54,442 bases of DNA from a bacterium (GCA_021812425.1 JAKANM010000001.1:1-54442); one strand, 5' to 3'; counted from the first letter of the stretch, positions 9,794-19,611 are shown. Notes: generated from the letters alone by a model not told the origin. Numbers and translations: made by a program.

Positions 9794-9826
9794 GAAGGGG
9801 CCTAAACCGCCCCTTCTTCTTTTTTA
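9794..9826 (+). terminator. intrinsic terminator
   Basis: GAAGGGGC / GCCCCTTC 8-bp stem (9794-9801 / 9809-9816) followed by TTCTTTTTT. Confidence 0.75.
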
Positions 9827-9863
9827 TTGATTTCGTGATAGTTATCGGGTAAGATAGGGCCAT

Positions 9864-12800
9864 ATGAATTTTGTTCATCTCCACGTTCACTCGCATTATT
9901 CGCTCCTCGACGCCTTGCCTAAAATTAACAATCTTGTTAAAACGGCCAAGGCTGGAGGGTTCACGGCTCTGGCCCTGACCGATCACGGCAATTTGCACGG
10001 CGCGATTGAATTTTACGAAGCCTGCCAGGCGGCTGGCATAAAACCTATTCTCGGCGTTGAGATTTATACCACGCCCTACAGTCTTGATGATAAAAATATT
10101 GCTGAACATAAACAATATCATCTTGTTTTGTTGGTAAAAAATTATACCGGCTATCGCAACCTGATGAAGTTGGTCTCGTTCGCGTATCTGGACGGGATGA
10201 GGGGGAAACCGCTCGTGGACCGGGCGCGGCTTAGTCAGTTTCACGAAGGGTTGATCGCGCTTTCAGGATGTATCGAAGGAGAAATTCCGACAATTTTGAA
10301 AAAGGAAAATAATTTTGAAAAAGCCGCGAAGGTCGCTTTGGAAATGCAAGAAATTTTTGGTTCTGAAAATTTTTATTTGGAACTGAACGATCTGCCGGCC
10401 TTAGAAGGGCAAATGGAAGTCAATGAACAGCTGATCAAGTTGGGAAAAGAAAAAAATATTCCACTGGTCGTGACGCGTGACGCGCATTATCTGGAGCGCG
10501 ATGACGCGGAGGCGCAGGATATTATGACTTGCATTCGCGACGGCCACACGCTCGACGAACCAAATCGCGCCTCCATGCAGAGCGTTGATTATTCTTTTGC
10601 TTCTGCGAAAGAAATTATCGGTCGTTTTAAGCATTGTCCGGAGGCGGTCGAAAATACAGTAAAGATAGCGGACAAGGTTGATCTTAAAATTGAATTAAAC
10701 AAATGGCATTTTGCGGCGTTAGATATTCCGGACGGAAAAACTGCCGACGAGTATCTTCGCGAACAAACATACGAACGTCTTGCGAAGTTAATTGAGATTA
10801 CCGAGGAAGTAAAAAATCGCGTTGAGTATGAACTTGGTATTATCACCAAAAAAGGTTATTCACCGTACTTTATTGTCGTCGCTGATTATGTTCAATACGC
10901 CCGTACCCATGGAATTGTTGAAACAACCCGCGGCTCGGCGGCCGGCTCACTAGTTTCGTATGCGATGGGGATCGTGACTGTTAATCCGTTATTTTTTAAA
11001 TTGCCATTTGAACGCTTTCTTAATCCATTCCGCCCCAGTCCGCCTGATGTTGACGCGGATTTTGCCGACGACCGCCGCGATGAGATGATCGATTATGTGA
11101 CCAAAAAATATGGCGCCGACAAGGTAGCGCAGATTGTGACGTTCGGTACGATGGCAGCGAGAGGCAGTATTCGCGATGTCGGTCGCGCGCTTGGCTACAG
11201 CTACTCTTTTTGTGATCAGGTTTCCAAACTAATTCCATTTGGCGCGCAAGGTTTTCAAATTACGATTGCCAAAGCATTGGATCTTGAGCCGGAATTAAAA
11301 AAATTATACCAGAGCAATGATCAAGTTAAACGCCTCCTTGATCTCGCGCAGAAAATTGAAGGCTGCGCGCGGCATACTTCGATGCATGCGGCCGGTGTTG
11401 TGATTTCACCAACGGCATTGACGGATTTTACTCCTCTGCAACGTGAAGCGGGCGGAGAAAAAATTGTCACGCAGTATGAATTTCATGATGTTGAGTCGGC
11501 TGGATTATTGAAGATGGATTTTCTCGGTATCAGAAATTTGTCTATTTTGGCGCATGCGGTCGAGATCGTGCAGAAAACTACCGGCACAAAAATTGACATT
11601 CATCATCTCGATCCCTGGGACGATAAAAAAACTTATGAAATGCTGGCGAGGGGAGAAACGATTGGTGTCTTCCAGCTTTCTGGTTCCGGCATGACGCGAT
11701 ATTTGAAAGAACTGAAGCCGGCTAGTATTTTCGATATTATGGCGATGGTCGCGCTGTTCCGTCCCGGTCCAATGGAGTCGATTCCGGATTATATTCGTCG
11801 TAAAAATAATCCGGAGCGAATTGAATACCTTGATCCCCGCATGAAGGATTACCTTGATCAATCGCTCGGCCTGATTGTTTATCAGGATGATGTGCTTCTC
11901 ACCGCCATCAATCTCGCCGGCTATAACTGGGAAGAAGCCGACAAGTTCCGCAAAGCCATGGGTAAGAAAATCCCTGAGGAAATGGCAAAACAAAAAGAAA
12001 AATTTTATAAGGGTTGCCGCGAAATTGGCAAGTTATCTGATTCAAAAATTAACACTTTGTGGGAGCGCATTGAACCGTTCGCGGCTTATGGTTTCAACAA
12101 AGCTCACGCCGCGAGCTATGGGGTCGTGGCCTACCAGACGGCTTACATGAAGGCAAATTTCCCGATACAGTACATGACGGCGGTCATGATCGCCGAGAGT
12201 GGCGACATTGATAAAGTTCCGGCAATCATCCATGAATGCAAGCGCATGGGCGTCAAGGTTTTGCCGCCGGACATCAATGAAAGTTTCAAAAATTTTGCCA
12301 TGATCCAGACGGAAGGCGGCGGCGCTCATATCCGTTTCGGTCTGAATGGCATAAAAAATCTCGGTGAACATATTGCCGAAGTTATTTATCGTGAGCGCAA
12401 GGAACATGGTAAATACACCAGTCTTGATGATTTACTTTCACGCGTGCATGATAGGGATTTAAATAAAAAATCTCTTGAAAGTTTGATCAAGTGCGGCGCG
12501 CTAGATGATTTTGGTTATGACCGCGGAGTATTGCTCGGGAACATCGATAATTTATTGTCATACGTGAGGGAACACCAGGAGAAAAATAATACCGCGAAAA
12601 AACAGCATTCATTATTTGCCGGCAGTACGATTGATGTGGCGACTAAAGTTAGATTGGTTCCCGCGCCCAAAGCGACGTCCGCCGACAAACAACATTGGGA
12701 AAAAGAATTGCTTGGCCTTTATGTTTCGTCGCATCCGTTTGCCGCTTATCAAAAAATTCTGGAAAATGTTTTGACGACAGTCCATGATCTGCCGGGTGTG

Positions 12801-13355
12801 GGAAGGAAACAGTGGGCAGTGGTGGGCGGCGTAATCGAAAGCATGAAGAAAAAAATTACGCGCGCTGGCAAGGCGATGATGTTCGTGACCGTTCAGGATG
12901 TGACCGGCAGTTTGGAATTGCTCGTTTTTCCGAAAACTTATGAGACAACTAAAAATGTTTGGGCCGAGGGCAGAACGGTGTGCGTCGTCGGTCGTACCGG
13001 GGATGAGGAAGGGGATGAGAAACTTTTTGTCGAAAGGGCGTATGAGATAACTGACGAAAATGTGCGGGAGATCAGAAGTCAGATGGCCAACGTCGGATCA
13101 GCAAATATTTTCAACCACGCTGATGACTTTGATAAAAAATCCGGGCCTCAGGCAGAGACCGAGGATATTTTTGAGATCACGATTTCTTCCGAACTTTTGA
13201 AAAAGAAATCAGACGCCATCAAGGAAATCCTAAAAAAATATCCGGGGTTGAGTAAGGTTTATCTGAAGGTAGGAGATAAAAAAATCAAAACTAGCTTTAG
13301 TGTGGAAAATAAAGACCAACTTAGGAATGATTTGGAGAAAATTCTTTTTGTTTAG
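9864..13355 (+). CDS. dnaE: DNA polymerase III alpha subunit
   Basis: PHP domain HLHVHSHYSLLD, polymerase core (GLLKMDFLGIRNL, FNKAHAASYG), OB fold. 1163 aa. Confidence 0.95.
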   Translation: MNFVHLHVHSHYSLLDALPKINNLVKTAKAGGFTALALTDHGNLHGAIEFYEACQAAGIKPILGVEIYTTPYSLDDKNIAEHKQYHLVLLVKNYTGYRNLMKLVSFAYLDGMRGKPLVDRARLSQFHEGLIALSGCIEGEIPTILKKENNFEKAAKVALEMQEIFGSENFYLELNDLPALEGQMEVNEQLIKLGKEKNIPLVVTRDAHYLERDDAEAQDIMTCIRDGHTLDEPNRASMQSVDYSFASAKEIIGRFKHCPEAVENTVKIADKVDLKIELNKWHFAALDIPDGKTADEYLREQTYERLAKLIEITEEVKNRVEYELGIITKKGYSPYFIVVADYVQYARTHGIVETTRGSAAGSLVSYAMGIVTVNPLFFKLPFERFLNPFRPSPPDVDADFADDRRDEMIDYVTKKYGADKVAQIVTFGTMAARGSIRDVGRALGYSYSFCDQVSKLIPFGAQGFQITIAKALDLEPELKKLYQSNDQVKRLLDLAQKIEGCARHTSMHAAGVVISPTALTDFTPLQREAGGEKIVTQYEFHDVESAGLLKMDFLGIRNLSILAHAVEIVQKTTGTKIDIHHLDPWDDKKTYEMLARGETIGVFQLSGSGMTRYLKELKPASIFDIMAMVALFRPGPMESIPDYIRRKNNPERIEYLDPRMKDYLDQSLGLIVYQDDVLLTAINLAGYNWEEADKFRKAMGKKIPEEMAKQKEKFYKGCREIGKLSDSKINTLWERIEPFAAYGFNKAHAASYGVVAYQTAYMKANFPIQYMTAVMIAESGDIDKVPAIIHECKRMGVKVLPPDINESFKNFAMIQTEGGGAHIRFGLNGIKNLGEHIAEVIYRERKEHGKYTSLDDLLSRVHDRDLNKKSLESLIKCGALDDFGYDRGVLLGNIDNLLSYVREHQEKNNTAKKQHSLFAGSTIDVATKVRLVPAPKATSADKQHWEKELLGLYVSSHPFAAYQKILENVLTTVHDLPGVGRKQWAVVGGVIESMKKKITRAGKAMMFVTVQDVTGSLELLVFPKTYETTKNVWAEGRTVCVVGRTGDEEGDEKLFVERAYEITDENVREIRSQMANVGSANIFNHADDFDKKSGPQAETEDIFEITISSELLKKKSDAIKEILKKYPGLSKVYLKVGDKKIKTSFSVENKDQLRNDLEKILFV

Positions 13356-13456
13356 TTATCCACACTGACTCGAGCACATTTATTCTTCTTGTGTTATAAT
13401 TTCGGCGCAAAGTTGGGTTTAATCCCGTTGCAAGGGAATTTTTTAAAATTTTGTCT

Positions 13457-13948
13457 ATGATAACCAAACAAAAAATCAGTATCGGATTAGCGGGTCTTCT
13501 TGGCTTTGCCCTCCTCACGTGGCTGGGTTCAGTGGTATACAACGAATACAAAAGTTATGAGTGGCAGAAGCGGACCGATGCCATGCAGGAGGCGATGGTT
13601 GGTCCGTATCGCACGGACACTTACGGGGGCAAAACTCCTGAGGAAACCTGGGCGATGTTCCTCGAGGCGTTGAAGAAGAAGGATGTAGAGTTGGCGAGTA
13701 AGTATTTTGAAGTGGAAAGACAAGCTGAGTGGAAAAATACGTTAAATACAACTCTGAATGCGGATAAATTGGACATGGTAATTAAAAATCTGTCTTCTAA
13801 TTTAGAAAGGGATACAAATGTTTCGACCCCAGAAAAGGTATATTACAGTTATACTTTTATAGACCGGACGTCAGGAAAAAAGCTAAAAAATTCATTGGTT
13901 TTTTCTTTGAATCAATACACGAAGGTTTGGAAAATTTCTGTCCTATAA
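13457..13948 (+). CDS. hypothetical membrane-anchored protein
   Basis: ATG at 13457. N-terminal TM (ISIGLAGLLGFALLTWLGSVVY). It ends 3 nt before the giant ORF, so they are probably co-transcribed. Confidence 0.5.
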   Translation: MITKQKISIGLAGLLGFALLTWLGSVVYNEYKSYEWQKRTDAMQEAMVGPYRTDTYGGKTPEETWAMFLEALKKKDVELASKYFEVERQAEWKNTLNTTLNADKLDMVIKNLSSNLERDTNVSTPEKVYYSYTFIDRTSGKKLKNSLVFSLNQYTKVWKISVL

Positions 13949-13951
13949 TTT

Positions 13952-16900
13952 ATGAATAAATACCCCGCAACGGTTGGAAAAGTTTTAACAGGCGCATTGT
14001 TGTTTTTTTTGTTTAATTTTAATACCGTCAATTCTCCGGTATTAGCGTATGATACAAATTATGCTCATCCAGCCCTGACCGAGGAGGTCGTCAAATTATT
14101 TAATGGCAAAAGTTCATCCAACGAAAAAATTAAAAGTGAAGAAATAAATTGGTTAAAACAGGGAGCGATTGAGGAAGATGAACCGGCCCGCTGGATTAAT
14201 CATTTTTATGATCCGGTTCATCATGTTGGGTGGACAGGCAAGCACTTTGGTCGTCTCACTCCCGAGGACGGCTACAAGGAGGGCGCTGATCTTGCGCCGA
14301 AGCCGGCCCTAGCATCTATTGATTGGGCGACCAATCAGACGTATCAGGCGGCATACGGCCGTCAGTATGGTAATCAGACCTGGCAAAAAGCACTCAAATC
14401 CTATCTTGATGGCGATAAACAAACAGCTTTCCTGGCGCTCGGGCATGTTTTGCATCTTATCGAAGATGCCTCAGTGCCTGATCATACACGTGATGATTCT
14501 CATACTGGGATTTACGGTGATCCCGGTTCGCCTTATGAATTATATTCTGCGGATTTCACTCAGTATAACAGATCGGGTGTCGCTAGTGAGTTACTTAATA
14601 AAAATACCAACCTGTATAGTTTTTTAAAAATTCAAGATGCATTTGAACGGCTTGCTAATTATTCTAATAATAACTTTTTTTCTGAGGATACGATTAACAA
14701 CGATGATTTTTCACTACCAAACATGAATTTTCTAGAGATTCGAGATAAGGATGGGTCAAATTATCTATATGATAAAAATGAAAAAATATATCTAGCACAG
14801 AAGAATAATGACGTTGGTTTCGTTGGTAAAGATGTCAGGAAGTATACCGTAGATGACGGCCGCTTCGTCCTCCCTTCCTATCGCGAACACCTATTCCCAG
14901 AGGCAGTGTTAACGGGAGCCAGCGTGCTCGAGTTATTTTTCAAAGAGGTAGAGAAATATCGTGTTCATCCTGAGCTCATGGAGCCGATCGTGTCAGACAC
15001 CAATGCTCCTATTTTGGCTACGATTGCTCAGTTACCTGTTCGCACGATTATTAAGCTTTGTGATAGTGGGTCGTTTTGCAAAACCGTGGCAAATGCAGTC
15101 GACGGTGTTAGGATCAACGTTCAAAGCACCGTGGCATCATTGTTGGATCAAGTAAAAAATAATGTCAATTTGACTTGGTTTTCAAGTCCGCCTCTAAGCA
15201 ACTCGAACGCGACTATCGCACCGGTTCTGCCTGCGCTCGCCAGCCCGGTTACCGAAAAACCCAAACAGCCATTTGTTCCGTTAGCTAATATCATAGAGGA
15301 ATCGACCTCGAAAACGATCTCAGCGCTCGCGGCAGAACAGCCTGTCGTCAAAGCTCCAGTCGTACCGACAATTTCTCCAACTGTTCCTAAACCACCCGCG
15401 CCAAACCCAGTCGTTAGCAAGTCGATTGTTTTCTATCCGGCGTCTTCGATAGCGGATTCGACCCCAATACCAGCGCCCACTGCCGGGACTGCTATTCAAA
15501 ATTCTGCGCCCGTGTCTGTCGGGTCTGCTTCTCCGGCGCCGGCTTCGGGCGATCCGACGGTTGAAACTCCGGTTACGCCCGTCACGACAAGCACGCCGAC
15601 CTCCACTCCTGCTCCGATAATTATTTCACTCAATCCTCCGACAATCGACCAAACCTCACCGATATACACCTCCTCGACCGTGGCGCTCACTGGAACATTT
15701 AGTAGCAACACGATTTTCGTGTCAGCATACGAATCGGTGGGCGATGGCGTTTATCCGTCGACTACATCAGTTTTGTTGTCGTCGTCAACCTGGCAATTTG
15801 TCGTAAATTTAAAACCCGGTCTAAATTATTTTTATTTTCAAGCCTCCTCTACAAACGCGACTTCTACCCTGGCTGGTCCGGCGGAGATTATTTTTGATCT
15901 TGATCCGCCGCGTAACCCTATGATTGGTTTGTCCGCGGTCGATACTAATTTGCAAATTTCTTTAACCAGTACCGATCAGTTTTCTCCGCAGATTTTTTAT
16001 GATGTTGATTACCGCACTTCTACCGATTGGCAAGCGGTCGCTATCAGAAGTCAGAGCTCGACTTTCACGATGCCAAGCGTTCGCGGTCAAACATATTTTG
16101 TCCGTTCAAGAGCTTATGACGCGTTAAATAATGTTTCAGATTGGAATACTAGCTCAATATATATTAATTGGAGTCAGGAAGTGGTGATAAACGAAGTGGC
16201 CTGGGCCGGAACTTCATCGCTCTATCCATATGATGAGTGGTTCGAGCTCTACAATAATACCGACCAGCCCATCGACCTTAAGGACTGGAAAATTTTGGTA
16301 TCAGGAAAACAAATTTCCTATAACAAAATTAATAACAGCGTCATTGCTCCGCGTGGATATTTTCTTCTAAAGCGTTCCCGCGATGACAGTATCTACAATA
16401 TCCCGGGTGACGTAATTTATTCGCTTTCGGGCGGATTCGGTAATCAGGGAGAGAAATTAGAAATTTTCAAACCGACCGGTGAAAAAACTGATGAGGTGGA
16501 TTGTTCCAAGGGTTGGTTTGCCGGTGACAATACGCTGTACCGCACCATGGAGAGAATTAGTACGACGGCGGCTGGCAACATTCCTACCAATTGGCAGAGT
16601 AACGGAGGTCCGCGTCCGCTCGCGAGGACCTACAATGGTGGTCCCATCTTTGGTTCGCCTCGGCAGAGTAATTTTGGCAACATTGATCTGAATGGTAGCC
16701 AACTTGAAATTACGCGCACTCTTACCAAAGAAAACAATCCGTATGTATTGGAGGGATATATTATCCCAGCTGGTTACACTTTGAATATCGCTCCGGGTGT
16801 GGTCGTGAAAGCTAATTATTCATGGTCTAATTTTAACGTTCTTGGTAATCTGATCGTCGGAGAGGAAAACGGCGAGCCGGTGACATTGACCTCAGGTCGC

Positions 16901-18025
16901 GATACTAATTTTTCCGATCCCAAATCCGCCATGGTAGTAGGGAGTTGGTCCACCACCACCCCGTCTGCGAAAGATTGGCAGGGTTTTAGGTTCCGTCCCA
17001 GCTCCACCGGTAAATTTTACAGTGCGAATATTCGGTTTGCGGGGAAAGAATTTTTCATGGACGGATATATTTATACAACTTCAGTTTCGGAAGCTATTCA
17101 CGCTGAAAATAGCGACCTTACCATAAAAAATTCAAAGCTAAGTAATAACGGAGCGGTTGCCTTGCACGCGGAGAACAGCAGTGTGAGTGTTTCGGGGAGC
17201 AAATTCGACAGCGGGGACAGGGCTATTGAAGCGTTGGGGAGTCAGGTGGTTGTTTCTGATACCACCTTTGATAGCTTTACTAATGCTACCGGTCCTCTGT
17301 ATCTAAAAGACAATTGGCCGAGTCTAAAGAATATTTCATTTGAAAATAATTTGTTGGATTTACCTTATTTTATTTCGGTCAACATGAATTCTGATTCGGA
17401 AATAAAGGATCCGGTATATATAAATAATCTTTCGGTCGCTGAGGGTGCAACTTTGAATATTGCTCCGGGATCAAGCGTCCGCCTCGCCCGCTATAGTACG
17501 ATCGAAGTGCGTGGTTCTCTGAAAGCAATCGGCACCGCGGAAGCGCCGATCACGATTCAGGGGCTTACCGCCAGCAGTACCTGGGGAGACATAAATTTTG
17601 TCAGCTCGACTTCCTTTTTGATTAACGTGGTCATGAGAGGTGGAGGCTTGCTGACGTCTTTTCCGATCGGGAAAGACGGAGTGCTATTGCTTGATTCCAG
17701 TGATCTAACGATCGACCACAGTGTTTTCTATGACTCGCGTCCGGCCGGCAATATTCTTCGATCGAAAAATTCACGTTTGTATATTGGTAATTCAAGCTTT
17801 GGTTTTACCGAAAAACCACCATTTCAAACAATCGCTATCAATGCCGCTGGCGGTGAGATGTTGCTTGATAATCTGCTTTTCACCAATTTGACTTATGGAA
17901 TATATGGTAATAGTTTCCCGTTGCCAACAACCACTTTCAGCAACATCAACTCTGCCGACTTCGTGAATGTCGACCATCCGACCGAGCCGGCAAATTGGAT
18001 TCCTCCGGAAAACTTTCTGTTATAA
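13952..18025 (+). CDS. giant secreted multidomain protein: zinc phospholipase C/P1-nuclease-like N-terminal domain, P/T/S-rich linker, lamin-tail domain (LTD), C-terminal right-handed beta-helix repeats
   Basis: Signal peptide (LLFFLFNFNTVNSPVLA-YD). NHFYDP and GHVLHLIEDASVPDHTRDD are zinc-PLC-like His/Asp motifs. VVINEVAWAGTSS...DEWFELYNNTDQPIDLKDWKI is an LTD signature. Repeated NS/NN...I.F segments resemble a pectate-lyase-type beta-helix. Confidence 0.7.
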   Translation: MNKYPATVGKVLTGALLFFLFNFNTVNSPVLAYDTNYAHPALTEEVVKLFNGKSSSNEKIKSEEINWLKQGAIEEDEPARWINHFYDPVHHVGWTGKHFGRLTPEDGYKEGADLAPKPALASIDWATNQTYQAAYGRQYGNQTWQKALKSYLDGDKQTAFLALGHVLHLIEDASVPDHTRDDSHTGIYGDPGSPYELYSADFTQYNRSGVASELLNKNTNLYSFLKIQDAFERLANYSNNNFFSEDTINNDDFSLPNMNFLEIRDKDGSNYLYDKNEKIYLAQKNNDVGFVGKDVRKYTVDDGRFVLPSYREHLFPEAVLTGASVLELFFKEVEKYRVHPELMEPIVSDTNAPILATIAQLPVRTIIKLCDSGSFCKTVANAVDGVRINVQSTVASLLDQVKNNVNLTWFSSPPLSNSNATIAPVLPALASPVTEKPKQPFVPLANIIEESTSKTISALAAEQPVVKAPVVPTISPTVPKPPAPNPVVSKSIVFYPASSIADSTPIPAPTAGTAIQNSAPVSVGSASPAPASGDPTVETPVTPVTTSTPTSTPAPIIISLNPPTIDQTSPIYTSSTVALTGTFSSNTIFVSAYESVGDGVYPSTTSVLLSSSTWQFVVNLKPGLNYFYFQASSTNATSTLAGPAEIIFDLDPPRNPMIGLSAVDTNLQISLTSTDQFSPQIFYDVDYRTSTDWQAVAIRSQSSTFTMPSVRGQTYFVRSRAYDALNNVSDWNTSSIYINWSQEVVINEVAWAGTSSLYPYDEWFELYNNTDQPIDLKDWKILVSGKQISYNKINNSVIAPRGYFLLKRSRDDSIYNIPGDVIYSLSGGFGNQGEKLEIFKPTGEKTDEVDCSKGWFAGDNTLYRTMERISTTAAGNIPTNWQSNGGPRPLARTYNGGPIFGSPRQSNFGNIDLNGSQLEITRTLTKENNPYVLEGYIIPAGYTLNIAPGVVVKANYSWSNFNVLGNLIVGEENGEPVTLTSGRDTNFSDPKSAMVVGSWSTTTPSAKDWQGFRFRPSSTGKFYSANIRFAGKEFFMDGYIYTTSVSEAIHAENSDLTIKNSKLSNNGAVALHAENSSVSVSGSKFDSGDRAIEALGSQVVVSDTTFDSFTNATGPLYLKDNWPSLKNISFENNLLDLPYFISVNMNSDSEIKDPVYINNLSVAEGATLNIAPGSSVRLARYSTIEVRGSLKAIGTAEAPITIQGLTASSTWGDINFVSSTSFLINVVMRGGGLLTSFPIGKDGVLLLDSSDLTIDHSVFYDSRPAGNILRSKNSRLYIGNSSFGFTEKPPFQTIAINAAGGEMLLDNLLFTNLTYGIYGNSFPLPTTTFSNINSADFVNVDHPTEPANWIPPENFLL

Positions 18026-18123
18026 TATCCTTGACAAAGGAACGTTTTTTTGGCATACTTAAACGTTCCTATACTGCTTCGCCGCGCTCAAGCGGCTAGT
18101 ACGTTGGGGACACAGGAAACTTC

Positions 18124-18420
18124 ATGGTTGCCATTCTTGGATGGCTCACGGCGGGCATTGTCTTCATTACTGTGGTCTACGCCGTCGGTTTTAAGGCCTT
18201 TCGGCGGTTGGTTTGCATCACATTCTTTGTGGCGTTAACGACGTACATGCTCGTTCGGAGCATCTTGCCTGATTTGGTGCCCGGCGGACGATTTGACACG
18301 TTCGTAGATCGGTTGATGCATGGTTTCGCCGGCGTCGTGGCACTGGGCGCTTCCGTACTGTTGAGCTACGATCTCATTCTTTGGGGAGGCGGGGCTTATG
18401 CAAAAAAACCCCCACATTGA
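18124..18420 (+). CDS. hypothetical small integral membrane protein (3 TM)
   Basis: 98 aa and hydrophobic throughout. AGGAAA lies 6 nt upstream of the ATG, a TTGACA-17-CATACT promoter sits at 18030-18058, and a terminator follows. Confidence 0.5.
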   Translation: MVAILGWLTAGIVFITVVYAVGFKAFRRLVCITFFVALTTYMLVRSILPDLVPGGRFDTFVDRLMHGFAGVVALGASVLLSYDLILWGGGAYAKKPPH

Positions 18421-18437
18421 GTGTCGACAACTACGAA

Positions 18438-18477
18438 GAACCCCGCACCTTCAACGGTAGCGGGGTTCACTATTTTT
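18438..18477 (+). terminator. intrinsic terminator
   Basis: GAACCCCGC / GCGGGGTTC 9-bp stem (18438-18446 / 18460-18468) followed by ACTATTTTT. Confidence 0.7.
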
Positions 18478-18489
18478 GGGAATAAAAAA

Positions 18490-19482
18490 TTATTCAAGAT
18501 TCAAATTAGGATCGACTTCAAGTTCGCGCCAGTCGGTGTATTGGTTATCCATAGCTTTATAATATCCGGCAATGGCGATCATGGCGGCGTTATCCATGCA
18601 GTATTGAATTGATGGAACGAGCAAAGTCGTAGCGGAAAAAGTTTTCTGGAAGGTTTCACGTAATTTTTTATTGGCCGCGACTCCTCCGGCAAGGATAATA
18701 GTTTTTGGATTATGCGCCGCCGCGGCTAACCTAGTTTTTGCGACAAGTACGTCGATGATGGCCTCCTCAACACTAGCACAAAAATCATTGATAGTAATTT
18801 TTTTATCAAGTTTATTGTCCCGCAACCAATACAGCGCGGAAGTTTTTAGTCCGGCAAAACTGAAATCAAAATTTTCCTGATCAAGCATTGGTCTCGGAAA
18901 ATTAATCGCTTTGGTATTTCCGGTCTCCGCAAGCTTTGAAATCTGTGGACCGCCCGGGTAGGGGAGGCCAAGAATTTTTGCTACCTTATCGAAACATTCC
19001 CCGGCGGCATCGTCTTTGGTTTTTCCGAGAATTTCATAATCGCCGTGATCGCGCATCAAAACAATTTCGGTATGTCCGCCGCTGACAATGAGGGCCAGCG
19101 CCGGAAATATGATTGTGCTTGGGATTTCCACGGAATGAATATGCCCTTCAAGGTGGTTTACAGCTATGAGGGGAATTTTTTTCGCGTATGATAAAGCGCG
19201 CGCCGCTTCCGCGCCGACGATGAGGCCGGTGATGAGTCCCGGGCCGGAGGTGACCGCGATCGCGTCGGGATTTTTTTGGTTTTTTAATACCTCCTCGATC
19301 AGCGGCACAATTTTCTCCGCGTGCATGCGTCCTGCTATTTCCGGGACGACGCCGCCATATTTTGCATGGATGTCGATTTGCGAGGCGGTTTTTTCGGCGA
19401 TAACAAAATGACCCTTGTCCGAACATTCGACCAGGGCCACGGAAGTATCGTCGCAGGAGGATTCGATGCCGATGATTAACAT
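18490..19482 (-). CDS. tsaD: tRNA N6-adenosine threonylcarbamoyltransferase TsaD (Kae1/Qri7 family)
   Basis: MLIIGIESSCDDTSVAL, metal-binding NHLEGHIHS, GVAANKKLR. The ATG at 19482 gives the canonical N-terminus. The TTG at 19491 in the ORF track would overlap the tRNA. Confidence 0.9.
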   Translation of the reverse strand: MLIIGIESSCDDTSVALVECSDKGHFVIAEKTASQIDIHAKYGGVVPEIAGRMHAEKIVPLIEEVLKNQKNPDAIAVTSGPGLITGLIVGAEAARALSYAKKIPLIAVNHLEGHIHSVEIPSTIIFPALALIVSGGHTEIVLMRDHGDYEILGKTKDDAAGECFDKVAKILGLPYPGGPQISKLAETGNTKAINFPRPMLDQENFDFSFAGLKTSALYWLRDNKLDKKITINDFCASVEEAIIDVLVAKTRLAAAAHNPKTIILAGGVAANKKLRETFQKTFSATTLLVPSIQYCMDNAAMIAIAGYYKAMDNQYTDWRELEVDPNLNLE

Positions 19483-19485
19483 AGG

Positions 19486-19559
19486 TGTCAAGGGCGGGAA
19501 TCGAACCCGCGACCTTAGCGTTATGAATGCTACGCTCTAACCAACTGAGCTACCCTGAC
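19486..19559 (-). tRNA. tRNA with CAU anticodon (elongator Met or Ile2/lysidine type; not initiator-like)
   Basis: The reverse complement folds as a cloverleaf. Acceptor GTCAGGG/CCTTGAC, D arm GCTC-AGTTGGTTA-GAGC, anticodon loop TT-CAT-AA, T arm GCGGG-TTCGATT-CCCGC, discriminator A. Pair 1-72 is G-C and there is no run of three G-C pairs in the anticodon stem, so it is not initiator-like. CCA is not encoded (ACCT). Confidence 0.9.
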
Positions 19560-19580
19560 ATTGTCATTTTGGCAACCGCT

Positions 19581-19609
19581 ATTTTACGCAAAAAAATGAG
19601 AAAAGTCAA
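19581..19609 (-). promoter_or_regulatory. promoter of the tRNA(CAU)-tsaD unit (TTGACT-17-TAAAAT)
   Basis: On the minus strand: TTGACT (19609-19604), a 17-nt spacer, TAAAAT (19586-19581), about 20 nt upstream of the tRNA 5' end. It shares the CTTGACTTTTCT start with the tRNA-Glu promoter. Confidence 0.6.
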
Positions 19610-19611
19610 GA

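Noticed and set aside
9618-10244. 208-aa minus-strand ORF overlapping the dnaE start
   Set aside because: It overlaps the PHP domain of dnaE and a plus-strand terminator and promoter. It has no RBS or motifs.
13356-13364. Perfect DnaA boxes TTATCCACA at 13356-13364 and 26102-26110, plus one-mismatch boxes near 28304, 40937 and 54134, considered as a possible oriC
   Set aside because: The boxes are isolated and kilobases apart. There is no cluster, no adjacent AT-rich unwinding element, and no dnaA or dnaN nearby. About 0.4 perfect 9-mers are expected by chance in this window, so two is not compelling.
15150-15640. Low-complexity Pro/Thr/Ser/Ala-coding stretch in the giant ORF, considered as a DNA tandem repeat
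   Set aside because: No exact nucleotide periodicity was seen. It is compositional bias encoding a flexible linker.
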